Source: Bacteroidales bacterium (GTDB lineage: Bacteria > Bacteroidota > Bacteroidia > Bacteroidales > JBEPYD01). Taken from it: DNA of 51,169 bases. The position numbers and the translations under genes are program-made. Below the pieces are notes generated by a model. The model had not been told where the DNA came from. It saw only the letters and a list, made by a program, of their open reading frames with translations, and searched no databases. This document shows, one piece after another, positions 10,479 through 20,344 of this stretch; within the stretch, counting starts at the first letter, position 1, and each line of letters opens with the position of its first letter. Location of the stretch: positions 1-51,169 of the forward strand of contig JBEPYD010000003.1 in NCBI GenBank assembly GCA_041641575.1, written 5' to 3'.

Positions 10479-13400
10479 GTGCTAAAACGTTGGAAAAATA
10501 TCGTGGTGGTTGCCATTTTGCAACTCACTGGAATTGGTAATCTACTGGTTGCCAATCCCCAATATATCCCTATTGAACGATATGCACTTACCGAAGGCCT
10601 TTCTCAAATACATGTTACTGAAATTTATCTGCACTCCAGTGGATATTTATGGGTTGGAACGCAGGATGGATTAAACAGGTATGACGGCCATACCTTTAAA
10701 ATATATCGCAACCAGCCATTTGACAGCACAAGTCTGATTTCAAATTTTATTCTTGACATTGAAGAAGATTTATTCGGTAATCTATGGATTGCAACAAATC
10801 AGGGGCTGAGCAAGTTCGATCCTGTTTCTGAAACATTTACCAATTTTGAGAATGACCCCGGTGATGAACGTACCATTTCTTCTAATATGGTTTACGATAT
10901 ATTAATTGATGAAGATGGTGTTATTTGGGTTCAAACGCTTAATTCACTTGAAGAATTTGATGCAGCAAACAATACTTTTAAACATCATATTCCACACCAT
11001 AATCCTGAAAACTTTCTGGTAGGTCGTGAATATTTTTTTCAACTTCTCGATAGCAAAGGTCGTCACTGGATCACTACCAGGGATGGATTACAATTGTTTG
11101 ATAAAAAAACCGGATTGTTTTCAAGTATTATAAACTACGAAAAAGAGAACCAAAATAAATTTATGATTAAAGCCCTTCATGAAGATTCGGCAGGCATAAT
11201 CTGGTTTGGAACAACGGATGGACTTTATAAATTTAATGAAAATGATGGCTCTTTAAAAAAACATGACAGATCAGAAGAAAAAACCAGTCCGTCAGTGAAT
11301 ACAATCTTTCAGGTGAATGAAAATACCTTGTGGCTGGGTACTGATAAAGGCATGATCAGGTATGATATTAAAAATAAAACCACTTCAGAGTTGACAGGTG
11401 TAATCGATAATGCTGCCTATTTTAAACCTGAAATAGTATCATCACTACTCCTTGACTCATCTCGTGTTTTATGGTTTGGAGGCATTGATGGCCTTATGAA
11501 GCACGACATGAAAGGCCCTTCCTTTGAGCTGTTTCAAAAATCGCCAGTTTCGAAATACCAATTAAGCAGCAATTTAATTGCCTCTATTTATGAGGATAAG
11601 TATGGTTTATTATGGGTGGGAACCTGGGGGTTTGGATTGAATATTCTGAACCGTAACACCGGTAAATCTATCCTTTATTCATCAGATGCTGAAGATCCGG
11701 AGCTGAGAATTTCACAGAATAATATACACGTAATTAAAGAAGATAAAGATGGAAACATTTGGATAGGCACAAATAATGGCTTAAATATCAAATACAAAAA
11801 TTCAACAGGTTTTACGCGTCTGTGCGAAAGATATCCCGGAATCCCCTGCCATATTTTTGCTAACAACCGAATATACAGTATTATAGAAAGTTTTTCAGAC
11901 AAACATCTGATAGGTTCAAAAAATGGGCTTCATATATTCAATCCTGGTACAGAGCGTATTCAATCAATTTATTCAGTAGATTATAACGGGCATTCCGTTG
12001 ATTTAAACACTGTACATTCAATTTTTCAACTTAAGGATAGCACCATTTGGCTGGGATCAGAAAACGGTATATTTATTTTAGATGAAGAATCGTTTAACTG
12101 TATTGCACATTATTACAATTCAAACGCTGCTGACGGACAAATAAGCAACAATTCAGTGTATACCATTTTTCAGGATTCGCGCGAAATGATTTGGGCAGGA
12201 ACAGCTTCGGGCCTGAATAAATACAATCCTGATACTGGCACTTTCACCGTATTCTCAGAAAAAGACGGGCTTCCGAATAATCTCATTTACAATATAATTG
12301 AAGATGACCAGGGCTTTTTATGGATAAGCACAAATATGGGGCTTTCACGCTTTGATCCTGTAGCTGAAAAATTCCGCAATTATGAAATAACAGATGGACT
12401 GCAAAACCAGGAATTTAATCTGGGTGCTGCCTACAAAAGTCCCTCAGGCGAGCTGTTTTTTGGAGGCATATCTGGCTTTAACAGTTTCTCCCCTTCATCT
12501 ATTCATAAAAATACTTTTATTCCACCCGTGGTTATTTCATCAGTTAAAGTAATTAATGGTAAAGGTGCTTATGAGATAAAATTGCACCAACAACAACTGG
12601 TGATACCACCAGACGTTTCGCTTTTCATTATTGATTTTGCTGCGCTTGATTTTACCAATCCAAAGAAAAACCGTTTTGAATATAGCCTGACAAGACCCGG
12701 AGAGAACCCGAAATGGATAAATATAGAAACTAAAAATTCTGCGACTTTTTCAAGCCTTCCCCCAGGCGATTATATTTTCACTGTGCGTGGTTCCAATAAC
12801 GACAGGGTATGGAATAAAACAGGTACTACCCTGCACATAACTGTTCAGGCGCCATACTGGAAAACCAACCTGGCGTATGCCATTTATTTCATTACCGGGT
12901 TAATTCTGCTTTTGCTTATCATTTACTTCAGAACGCGAACAATGAGCAGAATGAAACGGCTACTGAGAATTCAGGAGAAAACATCACATCTTCTTGCTGA
13001 ACAGAAAGAATTGCTCACAAGAAAAAATAAAAATATTACCGACAGCATCAATTATGCAAAAAGGATTCAGGAGGCGATGATGCCGAATGAAAACTTGTTT
13101 GATAAATACCTGCCAAAATCTTTTATTCTCCATCAGCCAAAAGATATTGTAAGTGGTGATTTTTTCTGGATTTATAAATCCGGCCATAAAGTATTTGTGG
13201 CAGCTGTTGATTGCACCGGACATGGAGTGCCTGGTGCATTTATGTCAATTATCGGCTTTGAACTTTTCAGAAAGATAACCCATACCGAGGGTATTCAGGA
13301 ACCCGCAAATATATTGCAGGAACTAAATTCTGATTTTGCCGAAATTTTTGGCGATGTTGAAAACGTAACCCTGCGCGATGGAATGGACATTGCCCTGTGT

Positions 13401-13802
13401 GTTATTGACAGGCAAAAAAGTGTTGTGGAGTTTGCAGGGGCTTTTAATCCAATGTATTTGGTGCGCGACGATCGTATTATTGAAATAAAAGGCGACCGCT
13501 ACTCCATTGGACTTGATGAACATGAAGAGGGAGAAGAGCAGATTTTCCATACACACAGGTACGAGTTAACCCCACAGGATATGATCTATATCTTTACCGA
13601 TGGGTATGCTGACCAGTTTGGCGGTCCTGAAGGTAAAAAGTTTAAATACCGCCGTTTCAGACACCTGCTGTTGGCCATCCATAAAATGGAGATGAGCCAG
13701 CAAAAAAATATTCTTATCGATACCTTTAACAATTGGAGCAAAGGCTTTGAGCAGGTAGATGATATTATGGTGATCGGAATTAAACCTGATTTTTCCGAAT
13801 AA
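10479..13802 (+). CDS. Periplasmic beta-propeller sensor (two-component-regulator propeller repeats plus Y_Y_Y-like domain), one TM, cytoplasmic PP2C/SpoIIE phosphatase
   Basis: 1107 aa with a GTG start. N-terminal signal peptide. Many repeats of the type D..G.lWiGT..GL..fd. TM segment AYAIYFITGLILLLLIIYF. C-terminal SpoIIE motifs SGDFFW, DCTGHGVPGAF, FTDGYADQFGG. Confidence 0.85.
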   Translation: MLKRWKNIVVVAILQLTGIGNLLVANPQYIPIERYALTEGLSQIHVTEIYLHSSGYLWVGTQDGLNRYDGHTFKIYRNQPFDSTSLISNFILDIEEDLFGNLWIATNQGLSKFDPVSETFTNFENDPGDERTISSNMVYDILIDEDGVIWVQTLNSLEEFDAANNTFKHHIPHHNPENFLVGREYFFQLLDSKGRHWITTRDGLQLFDKKTGLFSSIINYEKENQNKFMIKALHEDSAGIIWFGTTDGLYKFNENDGSLKKHDRSEEKTSPSVNTIFQVNENTLWLGTDKGMIRYDIKNKTTSELTGVIDNAAYFKPEIVSSLLLDSSRVLWFGGIDGLMKHDMKGPSFELFQKSPVSKYQLSSNLIASIYEDKYGLLWVGTWGFGLNILNRNTGKSILYSSDAEDPELRISQNNIHVIKEDKDGNIWIGTNNGLNIKYKNSTGFTRLCERYPGIPCHIFANNRIYSIIESFSDKHLIGSKNGLHIFNPGTERIQSIYSVDYNGHSVDLNTVHSIFQLKDSTIWLGSENGIFILDEESFNCIAHYYNSNAADGQISNNSVYTIFQDSREMIWAGTASGLNKYNPDTGTFTVFSEKDGLPNNLIYNIIEDDQGFLWISTNMGLSRFDPVAEKFRNYEITDGLQNQEFNLGAAYKSPSGELFFGGISGFNSFSPSSIHKNTFIPPVVISSVKVINGKGAYEIKLHQQQLVIPPDVSLFIIDFAALDFTNPKKNRFEYSLTRPGENPKWINIETKNSATFSSLPPGDYIFTVRGSNNDRVWNKTGTTLHITVQAPYWKTNLAYAIYFITGLILLLLIIYFRTRTMSRMKRLLRIQEKTSHLLAEQKELLTRKNKNITDSINYAKRIQEAMMPNENLFDKYLPKSFILHQPKDIVSGDFFWIYKSGHKVFVAAVDCTGHGVPGAFMSIIGFELFRKITHTEGIQEPANILQELNSDFAEIFGDVENVTLRDGMDIALCVIDRQKSVVEFAGAFNPMYLVRDDRIIEIKGDRYSIGLDEHEEGEEQIFHTHRYELTPQDMIYIFTDGYADQFGGPEGKKFKYRRFRHLLLAIHKMEMSQQKNILIDTFNNWSKGFEQVDDIMVIGIKPDFSE

Positions 13803-13948
13803 TTCCCCTGTTTTAATTAATGTTTTATCTTTGTGTTTATTTTTACTTATTGTTCAAAATACAAAAAGTAAGAACAGTAATAATTATACATTTTTTTTAA
13901 GTCTACACATTGATTATATATTTTATTAATTACTAATTTTTTTGATTC

Positions 13949-15988
13949 ATGGAGGACAAAGTAATACATAAAGCGTCGGACAATATCCGAATTTTATCAG
14001 CAGCAATGGTTGAAAAAGCCAAATCCGGACATCCTGGAGGTGCCATGGGTGGGGCTGATTTTGTGAATATCTTATATTCTGAATTTCTGCAATTCAATCC
14101 GGATGATATGTCATGGTTCCTCCGCGATCGATTTTTCCTTGATCCTGGACACATGTCGCCCATGCTCTATTCAATCCTAAGCCTGATAGGCAAATTCAGC
14201 ATGGATGATATCAGGAACTTCCGCCAGTGGGGAAGCGTTACCCCCGGCCATCCTGAACTGGATACAGAAAGAGGCGTGGAAAACACTTCAGGCCCTCTTG
14301 GGCAGGGACACACCATGGCTGTTGGAGCTGCAATTGCAGAAAGATTTCTTACAGAAAGATTTGGCTCATGGATGGAACATAAAACCTATACCTTTATTTC
14401 TGATGGTGGGGTTCAGGAAGAGATTTCACAGGGTGCTGGTCGTATTGCCGGGTTTCTTGGCCTGAGCAACCTTATCATGTTTTATGATTCAAATGATATT
14501 CAGCTATCCAGCCGTGTAAATGTTGTTTCATTTGAAGATACTGCAAAAAAATACGAGGCATGGGGCTGGCAGGTAATAACCATAGACGGAAATGATACTT
14601 CACAGATCAGAAAAGCCTTAAAACAAGCCCATGCGGAAAAAGACAAACCTACACTCATAATTGGCAAAACTGTAATGGGTAAGGGTGCTGTAACAGAAGA
14701 AGGGGAAAGCTTTGAAAGCCAAACATCTACCCATGGCATGCCTTTAAGCGCCGCCGGCGCATCATTTGATAAAACCATCCGGAATCTGGGTGGCGATCCT
14801 GAAAATCCGTTCGTAATTTTTGACGAAGTAATGCAGTATTATGCCAAGGTTTTAGAAGAAAAGAAAAAACAGGCACAGGAAAAGCAAAATGAATACGAAC
14901 AATGGGCGGGTGAAAACCCTGAGCTAAATAAAAAACTGCAGCAATTCCTGAACCTGGAAACACCTGAGATTGATTTTGAAGCCATCATTCAAAAAGAAAA
15001 TGTAGCCACGCGCGCAGCGTCTGGAGTAGCACTGGGCCATTTTGCCAAATCTGTTGAGAATATGGTAGTAGCCTCAGCTGACCTCTCAAACAGCGATAAA
15101 ACAGATGGCTTTCTGAAAAATACAAAAGCCTTTGTAAAAGGTGATTTTAGTGGTGCATTTTTACAGGCAGGTGTAAGCGAGCTCACAATGGCAGCCATAG
15201 CCAATGGTATGGCGCTCCATGGCGGAATTATTCCGGCGGTTGGAACCTTCTTCGTTTTCTCCGATTACATGAAGCCTGCCGTTCGTCTTTCAGCACTTAT
15301 GCAACTGCCGGTAAAATATATCTGGACACATGATGCCTTCCGTGTTGGGGAAGACGGCCCTACGCATCAGCCTGTAGAACAGGAAGCACAAATAAGATTA
15401 CTGGAGCATTTAAAAAACCATGCAGGAGACAGCAGCATGCTGGTATTAAGGCCTGCCGATGCACTTGAAACTACCGTTGCCTGGAAAATGGCACTGGAAA
15501 ACAAGAAAACACCTACGGGATTACTTCTTTCCCGCCAGGGCATAAAAGATGTCCCTGCCATGCCCGGTTCAACAAGGTTTAAAGATGCCCTGAAAGCTTC
15601 AAAGGGTGCCTACGTTGTAAAAGATTGTGAAGGAACTCCAGATGTAATTCTTGTAGCCAGTGGTTCTGAAGTCTCTACTTTATTAGACGGGGCTCAAAAA
15701 TTAGAGTCAGAGAAAAATTTAAAAATTCGTATTGTAAGTGCTATCTCTGAAGGCTTGTTTAGAAATCAATCCCCGGAATACCAGCAGGAGGTAATTCCTG
15801 GTGGAGTTCCGGTATTCGGTCTTACTGCAGGTCTTCCTGTAACTCTTGCCGGGCTTGTAGGCCCATCCGGAAAAGTAGTTGGTCTGGATCATTTTGGTTA
15901 TTCTGCACCGGCCAAAGTGCTTGATGAAAAATTAGGCTATACGGGTGAAAATGTTTACAACAAAGTGCTTGAATATCTCGGAAAATAG
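13949..15988 (+). CDS. tkt: Transketolase
   Basis: 679 aa. Thiamine-diphosphate motifs SGHPGGAMGGADF, GPLGQGH, GEDGPTHQPVEQ. Confidence 0.95.
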   Translation: MEDKVIHKASDNIRILSAAMVEKAKSGHPGGAMGGADFVNILYSEFLQFNPDDMSWFLRDRFFLDPGHMSPMLYSILSLIGKFSMDDIRNFRQWGSVTPGHPELDTERGVENTSGPLGQGHTMAVGAAIAERFLTERFGSWMEHKTYTFISDGGVQEEISQGAGRIAGFLGLSNLIMFYDSNDIQLSSRVNVVSFEDTAKKYEAWGWQVITIDGNDTSQIRKALKQAHAEKDKPTLIIGKTVMGKGAVTEEGESFESQTSTHGMPLSAAGASFDKTIRNLGGDPENPFVIFDEVMQYYAKVLEEKKKQAQEKQNEYEQWAGENPELNKKLQQFLNLETPEIDFEAIIQKENVATRAASGVALGHFAKSVENMVVASADLSNSDKTDGFLKNTKAFVKGDFSGAFLQAGVSELTMAAIANGMALHGGIIPAVGTFFVFSDYMKPAVRLSALMQLPVKYIWTHDAFRVGEDGPTHQPVEQEAQIRLLEHLKNHAGDSSMLVLRPADALETTVAWKMALENKKTPTGLLLSRQGIKDVPAMPGSTRFKDALKASKGAYVVKDCEGTPDVILVASGSEVSTLLDGAQKLESEKNLKIRIVSAISEGLFRNQSPEYQQEVIPGGVPVFGLTAGLPVTLAGLVGPSGKVVGLDHFGYSAPAKVLDEKLGYTGENVYNKVLEYLGK

Positions 15989-16010
15989 CATTTAAGCTTA
16001 AATAAAATAA

Positions 16011-16058
16011 AGAAGCAGCAGGTGAGAATATTTAAATTCAGCCACTGCTTCTTTTTTA
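16011..16058 (+). terminator. Rho-independent terminator after tkt
   Basis: agaagcag (16011-16018) pairs with ctgcttct (16045-16052), followed by a T-run. Confidence 0.7.
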
Positions 16059-16147
16059 TTTACCCCCTGCCCTGTAACACTGCTTAAAGGCTTGCGTAGA
16101 AATAGTGCAGAAAAAGTTATTATTATTCATGAAATTCAAATTGGTAT

Positions 16148-16555
16148 ATGGAAATTATTCGATGGATTGATAATTATTCTATTAATATTCCGGAAATTGA
16201 CAACCAGCACAAACGCCTTGTGGCCCTTTTGAACAGTTTATATTCTGCCATGAGTGTGGGAAAGGGAAAAAATATTATGTCCGAAATTATTGATGAACTC
16301 TCTGATTATACCAGCACGCACTTTCGCACAGAAGAAGTTAAAATGCGCATGCTCGATTATCCTGAATTTGTCCAGCATAAAAAAGAGCATGAATTGTTTA
16401 TAGAAAAAGTAAGTGCATTTCGGGCAGATTTTAACAAAGGGAATGCAAAAGTTACCATAGAAGTGGTAAATTTTCTGCGCGATTGGCTACTAAATCATAT
16501 TCAGGAGGTAGATGCCAGACTGGGAAGATATCTTGTAAAAAAAGGTGTAAAATAA
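16148..16555 (+). CDS. Bacteriohemerythrin / hemerythrin-like metal-binding protein
   Basis: 135 aa. W.D.YS..I.EIDNQHKRL, HF..EE, H..EH, WL.NHI..VD. This is the classic His/Glu/Asp di-iron ligand spacing. Confidence 0.88.
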   Translation: MEIIRWIDNYSINIPEIDNQHKRLVALLNSLYSAMSVGKGKNIMSEIIDELSDYTSTHFRTEEVKMRMLDYPEFVQHKKEHELFIEKVSAFRADFNKGNAKVTIEVVNFLRDWLLNHIQEVDARLGRYLVKKGVK

Positions 16556-16558
16556 TGT

Positions 16559-17035
16559 ATGGTAAATGTTGCTAAAATTATTGAGGAACTTGATCTAAAG
16601 CCTCATCCCGAAGGGGGATATTACAGGGAAAATTACAGACATCCTCTTCGCCTGGATTCTGTGAATGGAAACCGTAATCTTGCCACCAGTATTTATTATC
16701 TGCTGCATGATTCTCAGCTATCAAAATTTCACAGGCTTACTTCTGATGAAATCTGGTACCATCATTCAGGGGATTCAGCAATAATTCATTGTTTTTTTCA
16801 GGATTCTGGATACCGAAAAATACGATTGGGAGCGGTGGAAAATAGTGGCTCTTATCAGGTTGTTTTACCTGCAGGAACTATTTTTGGAGCAGAAGTGGAA
16901 AATAACCATGGATATTTCCTTGCCGGATGCATGGTTTCTCCCGGGTTTGATTTTAATGATTTTGAATTCGTAACCCGCGAAGAACTATTAGCTGTTTATC
17001 CTGAAAATAGAAATTTAATTCATAAATTTACCTGA
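16559..17035 (+). CDS. Cupin-fold protein, DUF985 family
   Basis: 158 aa. L.PHPEGGYYRE motif near the N-terminus and SIYYLL..S.FHRL, both typical of DUF985 cupins. Starts 3 nt after the hemerythrin stop. Confidence 0.8.
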   Translation: MVNVAKIIEELDLKPHPEGGYYRENYRHPLRLDSVNGNRNLATSIYYLLHDSQLSKFHRLTSDEIWYHHSGDSAIIHCFFQDSGYRKIRLGAVENSGSYQVVLPAGTIFGAEVENNHGYFLAGCMVSPGFDFNDFEFVTREELLAVYPENRNLIHKFT

Positions 17036-17099
17036 AATACTTAATTCGTTCAGCGTACGTTTTAAGCATGTGTTCACCATTCCTTTTTTACCGAGAACT

Positions 17100-18500
17100 A
17101 TGCAAATGAGAAAAGCTTTACCATACATCAGGCACCTGCTAACTATTTTTACATTTTCCATCCTTCTTTGCCTGCCCCTGTATTCACAAGTCAGCCTTAC
17201 CTCCCCCGACCATACCACGCGTATCCTTTTTGTCTTTGATGCTTCCCAAAGCATGGCCGGCCAATGGGAGAAAGACAGCAAGATAAAGATTGCCCGTGAA
17301 ATTCTTATTCGAATGGTAGACAGTCTTGAGCAGCTCGATGGTATTGAACTTGCTTTGCGCGTGTACGGTCATCAAAGTCCGGTTCCCCCGCAGGATTGCT
17401 CTGATACACGTCTGGAAGTCCCTTTCAGCAAAAGCGCCCCAAGCCAGATCAGGCAAAAACTACACTTCCTCAAACCGCGCGGCACCACACCTATTGCAAA
17501 TTCACTTACGCTATCTGCAAATGATTTCGGACCCTGCGAAAACTGCCGGAATATCATCATCCTTATTACAGATGGAATAGAAGCATGCGATGGTGACCCC
17601 TGTGAGGTTTCTTATGCCCTGCAGAAAAAAGGTATTGTACTGAAGCCTTTTGTTATTGGCATTGGCATGGACGAAGATTTCCGTGATGCCTTTGACTGCA
17701 TAGGAAATTACTACAATGCTGAAAGGGAAGAGAAATTCGAGGAAATTCTAAATGTGGTGATTTCCCAGGCACTCAACTCCACAACCGCCCAGGTAAACCT
17801 TCTGGACGATAACGGATTACCCACAGAAACTAACGTGAACATGATTTTTTATGATCAGTTTTCTGATAAAATAAAGCATAACTTCTACCATACCATAAAT
17901 CACAGGGGAAAGCCTGATACCCTTGTTCTTGATCCATTGGTTACCTACCGTATTGAAGTTCAAACCATACCTAAGGTGACAATTGAAAATGCCAAAGTAG
18001 TACCGGGCAAGCACACCATTTTTGCTGCCGATGTACCACAGGGTACCCTGGTGGTAAAAGTTGGCGATAACCAGTACCGGGGCATGCAGTACATCGTGCG
18101 TAAAGCAGGGGAGATGGAAACCCTGAATATGCAATCAATCAGCCAGTCAGAGAGGTATATTACCGGTAAATACGACCTTGAAATACCCACTATTCCCCGC
18201 TTAAACATCAATGGAATAAACATAAACCAAAGCGAGACAACAACAGTTGAAATTCCCCGTCCAGGACTGGTTACTTTTATCAAGGCCGCAACCGGATTTG
18301 GCAGCCTCTACGTAATGCGGGGCGGAAAAATGGAATGGGTATATAATTTAGATGTAAATTCCCGCACAGAAGCCCTTGTACTTCAACCTGGCAGTTATAA
18401 AGCCGTATTCCGATCCCTTAATGCCCGACAATCTATTTATACCATTACCCGTTCCTTTAAAGTATTACCCGGTGGTGCTATTTCTGTGGAATTTTATTAA
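17100..18500 (+). CDS. Secreted von Willebrand factor A (vWA) domain protein with a ~250-aa beta-rich C-terminal region
   Basis: Signal peptide MQMRKALPYIRHLLTIFTFSILLCLPLYSQ. MIDAS motif ILFVFDASQSMAG, downstream TP and ILITDGIE elements. The ORF track begins at GTG 17070; an ATG at 17100 or 17106 fits the signal peptide better. Confidence 0.8.
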   Translation: MQMRKALPYIRHLLTIFTFSILLCLPLYSQVSLTSPDHTTRILFVFDASQSMAGQWEKDSKIKIAREILIRMVDSLEQLDGIELALRVYGHQSPVPPQDCSDTRLEVPFSKSAPSQIRQKLHFLKPRGTTPIANSLTLSANDFGPCENCRNIIILITDGIEACDGDPCEVSYALQKKGIVLKPFVIGIGMDEDFRDAFDCIGNYYNAEREEKFEEILNVVISQALNSTTAQVNLLDDNGLPTETNVNMIFYDQFSDKIKHNFYHTINHRGKPDTLVLDPLVTYRIEVQTIPKVTIENAKVVPGKHTIFAADVPQGTLVVKVGDNQYRGMQYIVRKAGEMETLNMQSISQSERYITGKYDLEIPTIPRLNINGININQSETTTVEIPRPGLVTFIKAATGFGSLYVMRGGKMEWVYNLDVNSRTEALVLQPGSYKAVFRSLNARQSIYTITRSFKVLPGGAISVEFY

Positions 18501-18623
18501 TCCATTAAACCATTGTTAACTTTTTTCATCTAATCAGATACAGGTAATCTTTCAGGTAACTTATTATAAGAAAAAGCAGTTACCTTTGAAATGGGTTGAA
18601 TAAAATGTAAAGACACAGCTTTT

Positions 18624-19172
18624 ATGCCATCATATACTGATAAAGAGCTCCTGCAATTTATCAAGGACAAAGAAAACAGGAATTTTGGTTTTGACTTGCT
18701 GATAAAGACATACCAGGAAAAACTTTACTGGCATATCCGGCGCATTGTTATAAACCATGCCGATGCAGATGATGTATTACAAAATACTTTATTAAAAGTG
18801 TGGGAGAAGATTGATACATTTCGCGGCGAAAGTGGTCTTTTTACTTGGTTGTACCGCATTGCCACAAATGAAGCCCTCGGATTTTTAAGAAAGAAAAAGA
18901 ACAAATTTCTCTTACCTTTGGTTGACATGGAAGAAAAACTCGGCAAGGAGCTGGAAACAGATCCATGGTTCGACGGTAACGAAATACAGAAAAAATTTCA
19001 AAAAGCATTGCTTTCTTTGCCAGAAAAACAAAGAATAGTGTTTAACATGAAATATTTTGATGAAATGAAGTATGAAGAAATTTCACAGGTTCTTGACACC
19101 TCCGTAGGTGCTTTAAAAGCTTCCTACCATCATGCACAAAAGAAAATAGAAAAATATTTTGATGTGGATTAA
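18624..19172 (+). CDS. ECF-type RNA polymerase sigma-70 family factor
   Basis: 182 aa. Region 2 (DADDVLQNTLLKVWEKIDTFRGES.LFTWLYRIATNEAL) and region 4 HTH (MKYEEISQVLDTSVGALKASYHHAQKKI). Confidence 0.9.
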   Translation: MPSYTDKELLQFIKDKENRNFGFDLLIKTYQEKLYWHIRRIVINHADADDVLQNTLLKVWEKIDTFRGESGLFTWLYRIATNEALGFLRKKKNKFLLPLVDMEEKLGKELETDPWFDGNEIQKKFQKALLSLPEKQRIVFNMKYFDEMKYEEISQVLDTSVGALKASYHHAQKKIEKYFDVD

Positions 19173-19210
19173 ACCTTTCTTGATAATCAGAGTCAAAGTT
19201 TTAGATAAAG

Positions 19211-19669
19211 ATGATTATGGAAAAAAATGAACATGATATATGGAAAAATGAGGGGGAAAATTCACCCTTTAAAGTGCCCGAAAACTACTTTGAGGAACTT
19301 CCATTAAAAATTCGTGAGCAGATAGAAAATAAAAAGAAAATTGCAGAAAATCCTTCTGTATGGAAAGTATTTAAACCACAGCTGAGCCTTGCTGCTTCCT
19401 TCTTATTTTTGGTGCTTTTGGGCTATTTTTCTATTAAGTTAATCACTGATAGCAATGCGCCCACAGGAATAAATCAATCTACTGTTGCCGAAGTACTGGA
19501 AGAACAGCCGGATATGATTGACAATTATGCATTGCTTGAAGCCATGGATGAAGAAGTATTAGAGGCCTTTGATGAAACGGAAGAAATTAACTCTGCATAT
19601 TCCGAAGAAATAATCGACTACCTCATAGATGCAGATATAGATATTACAAGTATTGCGGATGAATTCTAA
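19211..19669 (+). CDS. Single-pass membrane protein, putative anti-sigma factor for the adjacent ECF sigma
   Basis: 152 aa. One TM (LSLAASFLFLVLLGYFSIKLI) and a highly acidic C-terminal region. Lies 38 nt downstream of the ECF sigma. No zinc-binding anti-sigma motif is seen. The function is inferred from position only. Confidence 0.5.
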   Translation: MIMEKNEHDIWKNEGENSPFKVPENYFEELPLKIREQIENKKKIAENPSVWKVFKPQLSLAASFLFLVLLGYFSIKLITDSNAPTGINQSTVAEVLEEQPDMIDNYALLEAMDEEVLEAFDETEEINSAYSEEIIDYLIDADIDITSIADEF

Positions 19670-19732
19670 ATATTTTTAAAACCTGAAAATGCATCTTACT
19701 GAAAAACAAATGTTTAACGAAATCTCAATCTA

Positions 19733-20209
19733 ATGAAAAATTTATATAAAAATATAATATTAATCTCCGGACTGGTCTTTTTTAATACCATTGTATATGG
19801 TCAGGGAAGGGGTTTCGAAGATAAAAGAGAGCTAATAAAAAGTGAAAAAATCGCATTTCTAACGAGAGAAATGGAATTATTGCCTGAAGAAGCACAGGTT
19901 TTCTGGCCTGTGTATAACGATTTTCAAAACCGGGTAGATCGGTTGAACGATGAAAAACGAACACAAAACAGGTATTACATGCAAAATCAGGCAAATTTGT
20001 CATCCAAAGAGGCAGAGGAACTGGGTGACAGATTGATTGTTTTAGAATTGGAAGAAGCTCAATTAAAGGCAGATTTTCATGAAAAGTTAAAAGATATTCT
20101 TCCCCCAGCCAAAATTATAAAGCTCTACCATGCAGAGATGAAATTTAAAAACTACCTGCTCAGGCAATTACGGGGTGGGCGTGGAAAAGGTAATCCACAA
20201 CGAAACTAA
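19733..20209 (+). CDS. Periplasmic alpha-helical protein, Spy/CpxP-like (third gene of the ECF module)
   Basis: 158 aa. Signal peptide, helical E/K/Q-rich body with an LTxxQ-like element (FLTREMELLPEEAQ), and a basic tail. The family call is tentative. Confidence 0.5.
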   Translation: MKNLYKNIILISGLVFFNTIVYGQGRGFEDKRELIKSEKIAFLTREMELLPEEAQVFWPVYNDFQNRVDRLNDEKRTQNRYYMQNQANLSSKEAEELGDRLIVLELEEAQLKADFHEKLKDILPPAKIIKLYHAEMKFKNYLLRQLRGGRGKGNPQRN

Positions 20210-20255
20210 ATTACTTTGCGTACCGCACCATAAAAAGGATATGATTATTTATCGG

Positions 20256-20292
20256 AATGCCGGAAATGTTAACATTTTCGGCATTTTATTTG
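20256..20292 (+). terminator. Rho-independent terminator after the ECF sigma module
   Basis: 30-nt palindrome aatgccggaaatgtt/aacattttcggcatt (20256-20285; one G-U pair), followed by TTATTTG. Confidence 0.75.
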
Positions 20293-20344
20293 CTTATAAG
20301 AATTCACTACTTATTACACAAAAAATTGTGTAGAAAATAATCAT

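Noticed and set aside
13840-13885. Imperfect inverted repeat (ttacttattgttc ... gaacagtaataa) downstream of the PP2C sensor gene
   Set aside because: Several mismatches in a very AT-rich context make a stable hairpin doubtful, so I did not call it a terminator.
17015-17281. 88-aa minus-strand ORF spanning the cupin/vWA junction
   Set aside because: It overlaps two supported plus-strand genes, and I recognise no motifs in it.
20316-20333. Short palindrome tacacaa-aaaa-ttgtgta just upstream of the hybrid kinase start
   Set aside because: A 7-bp AT-rich stem could be an operator or chance. No second copy occurs in the window and no known regulator motif matches.
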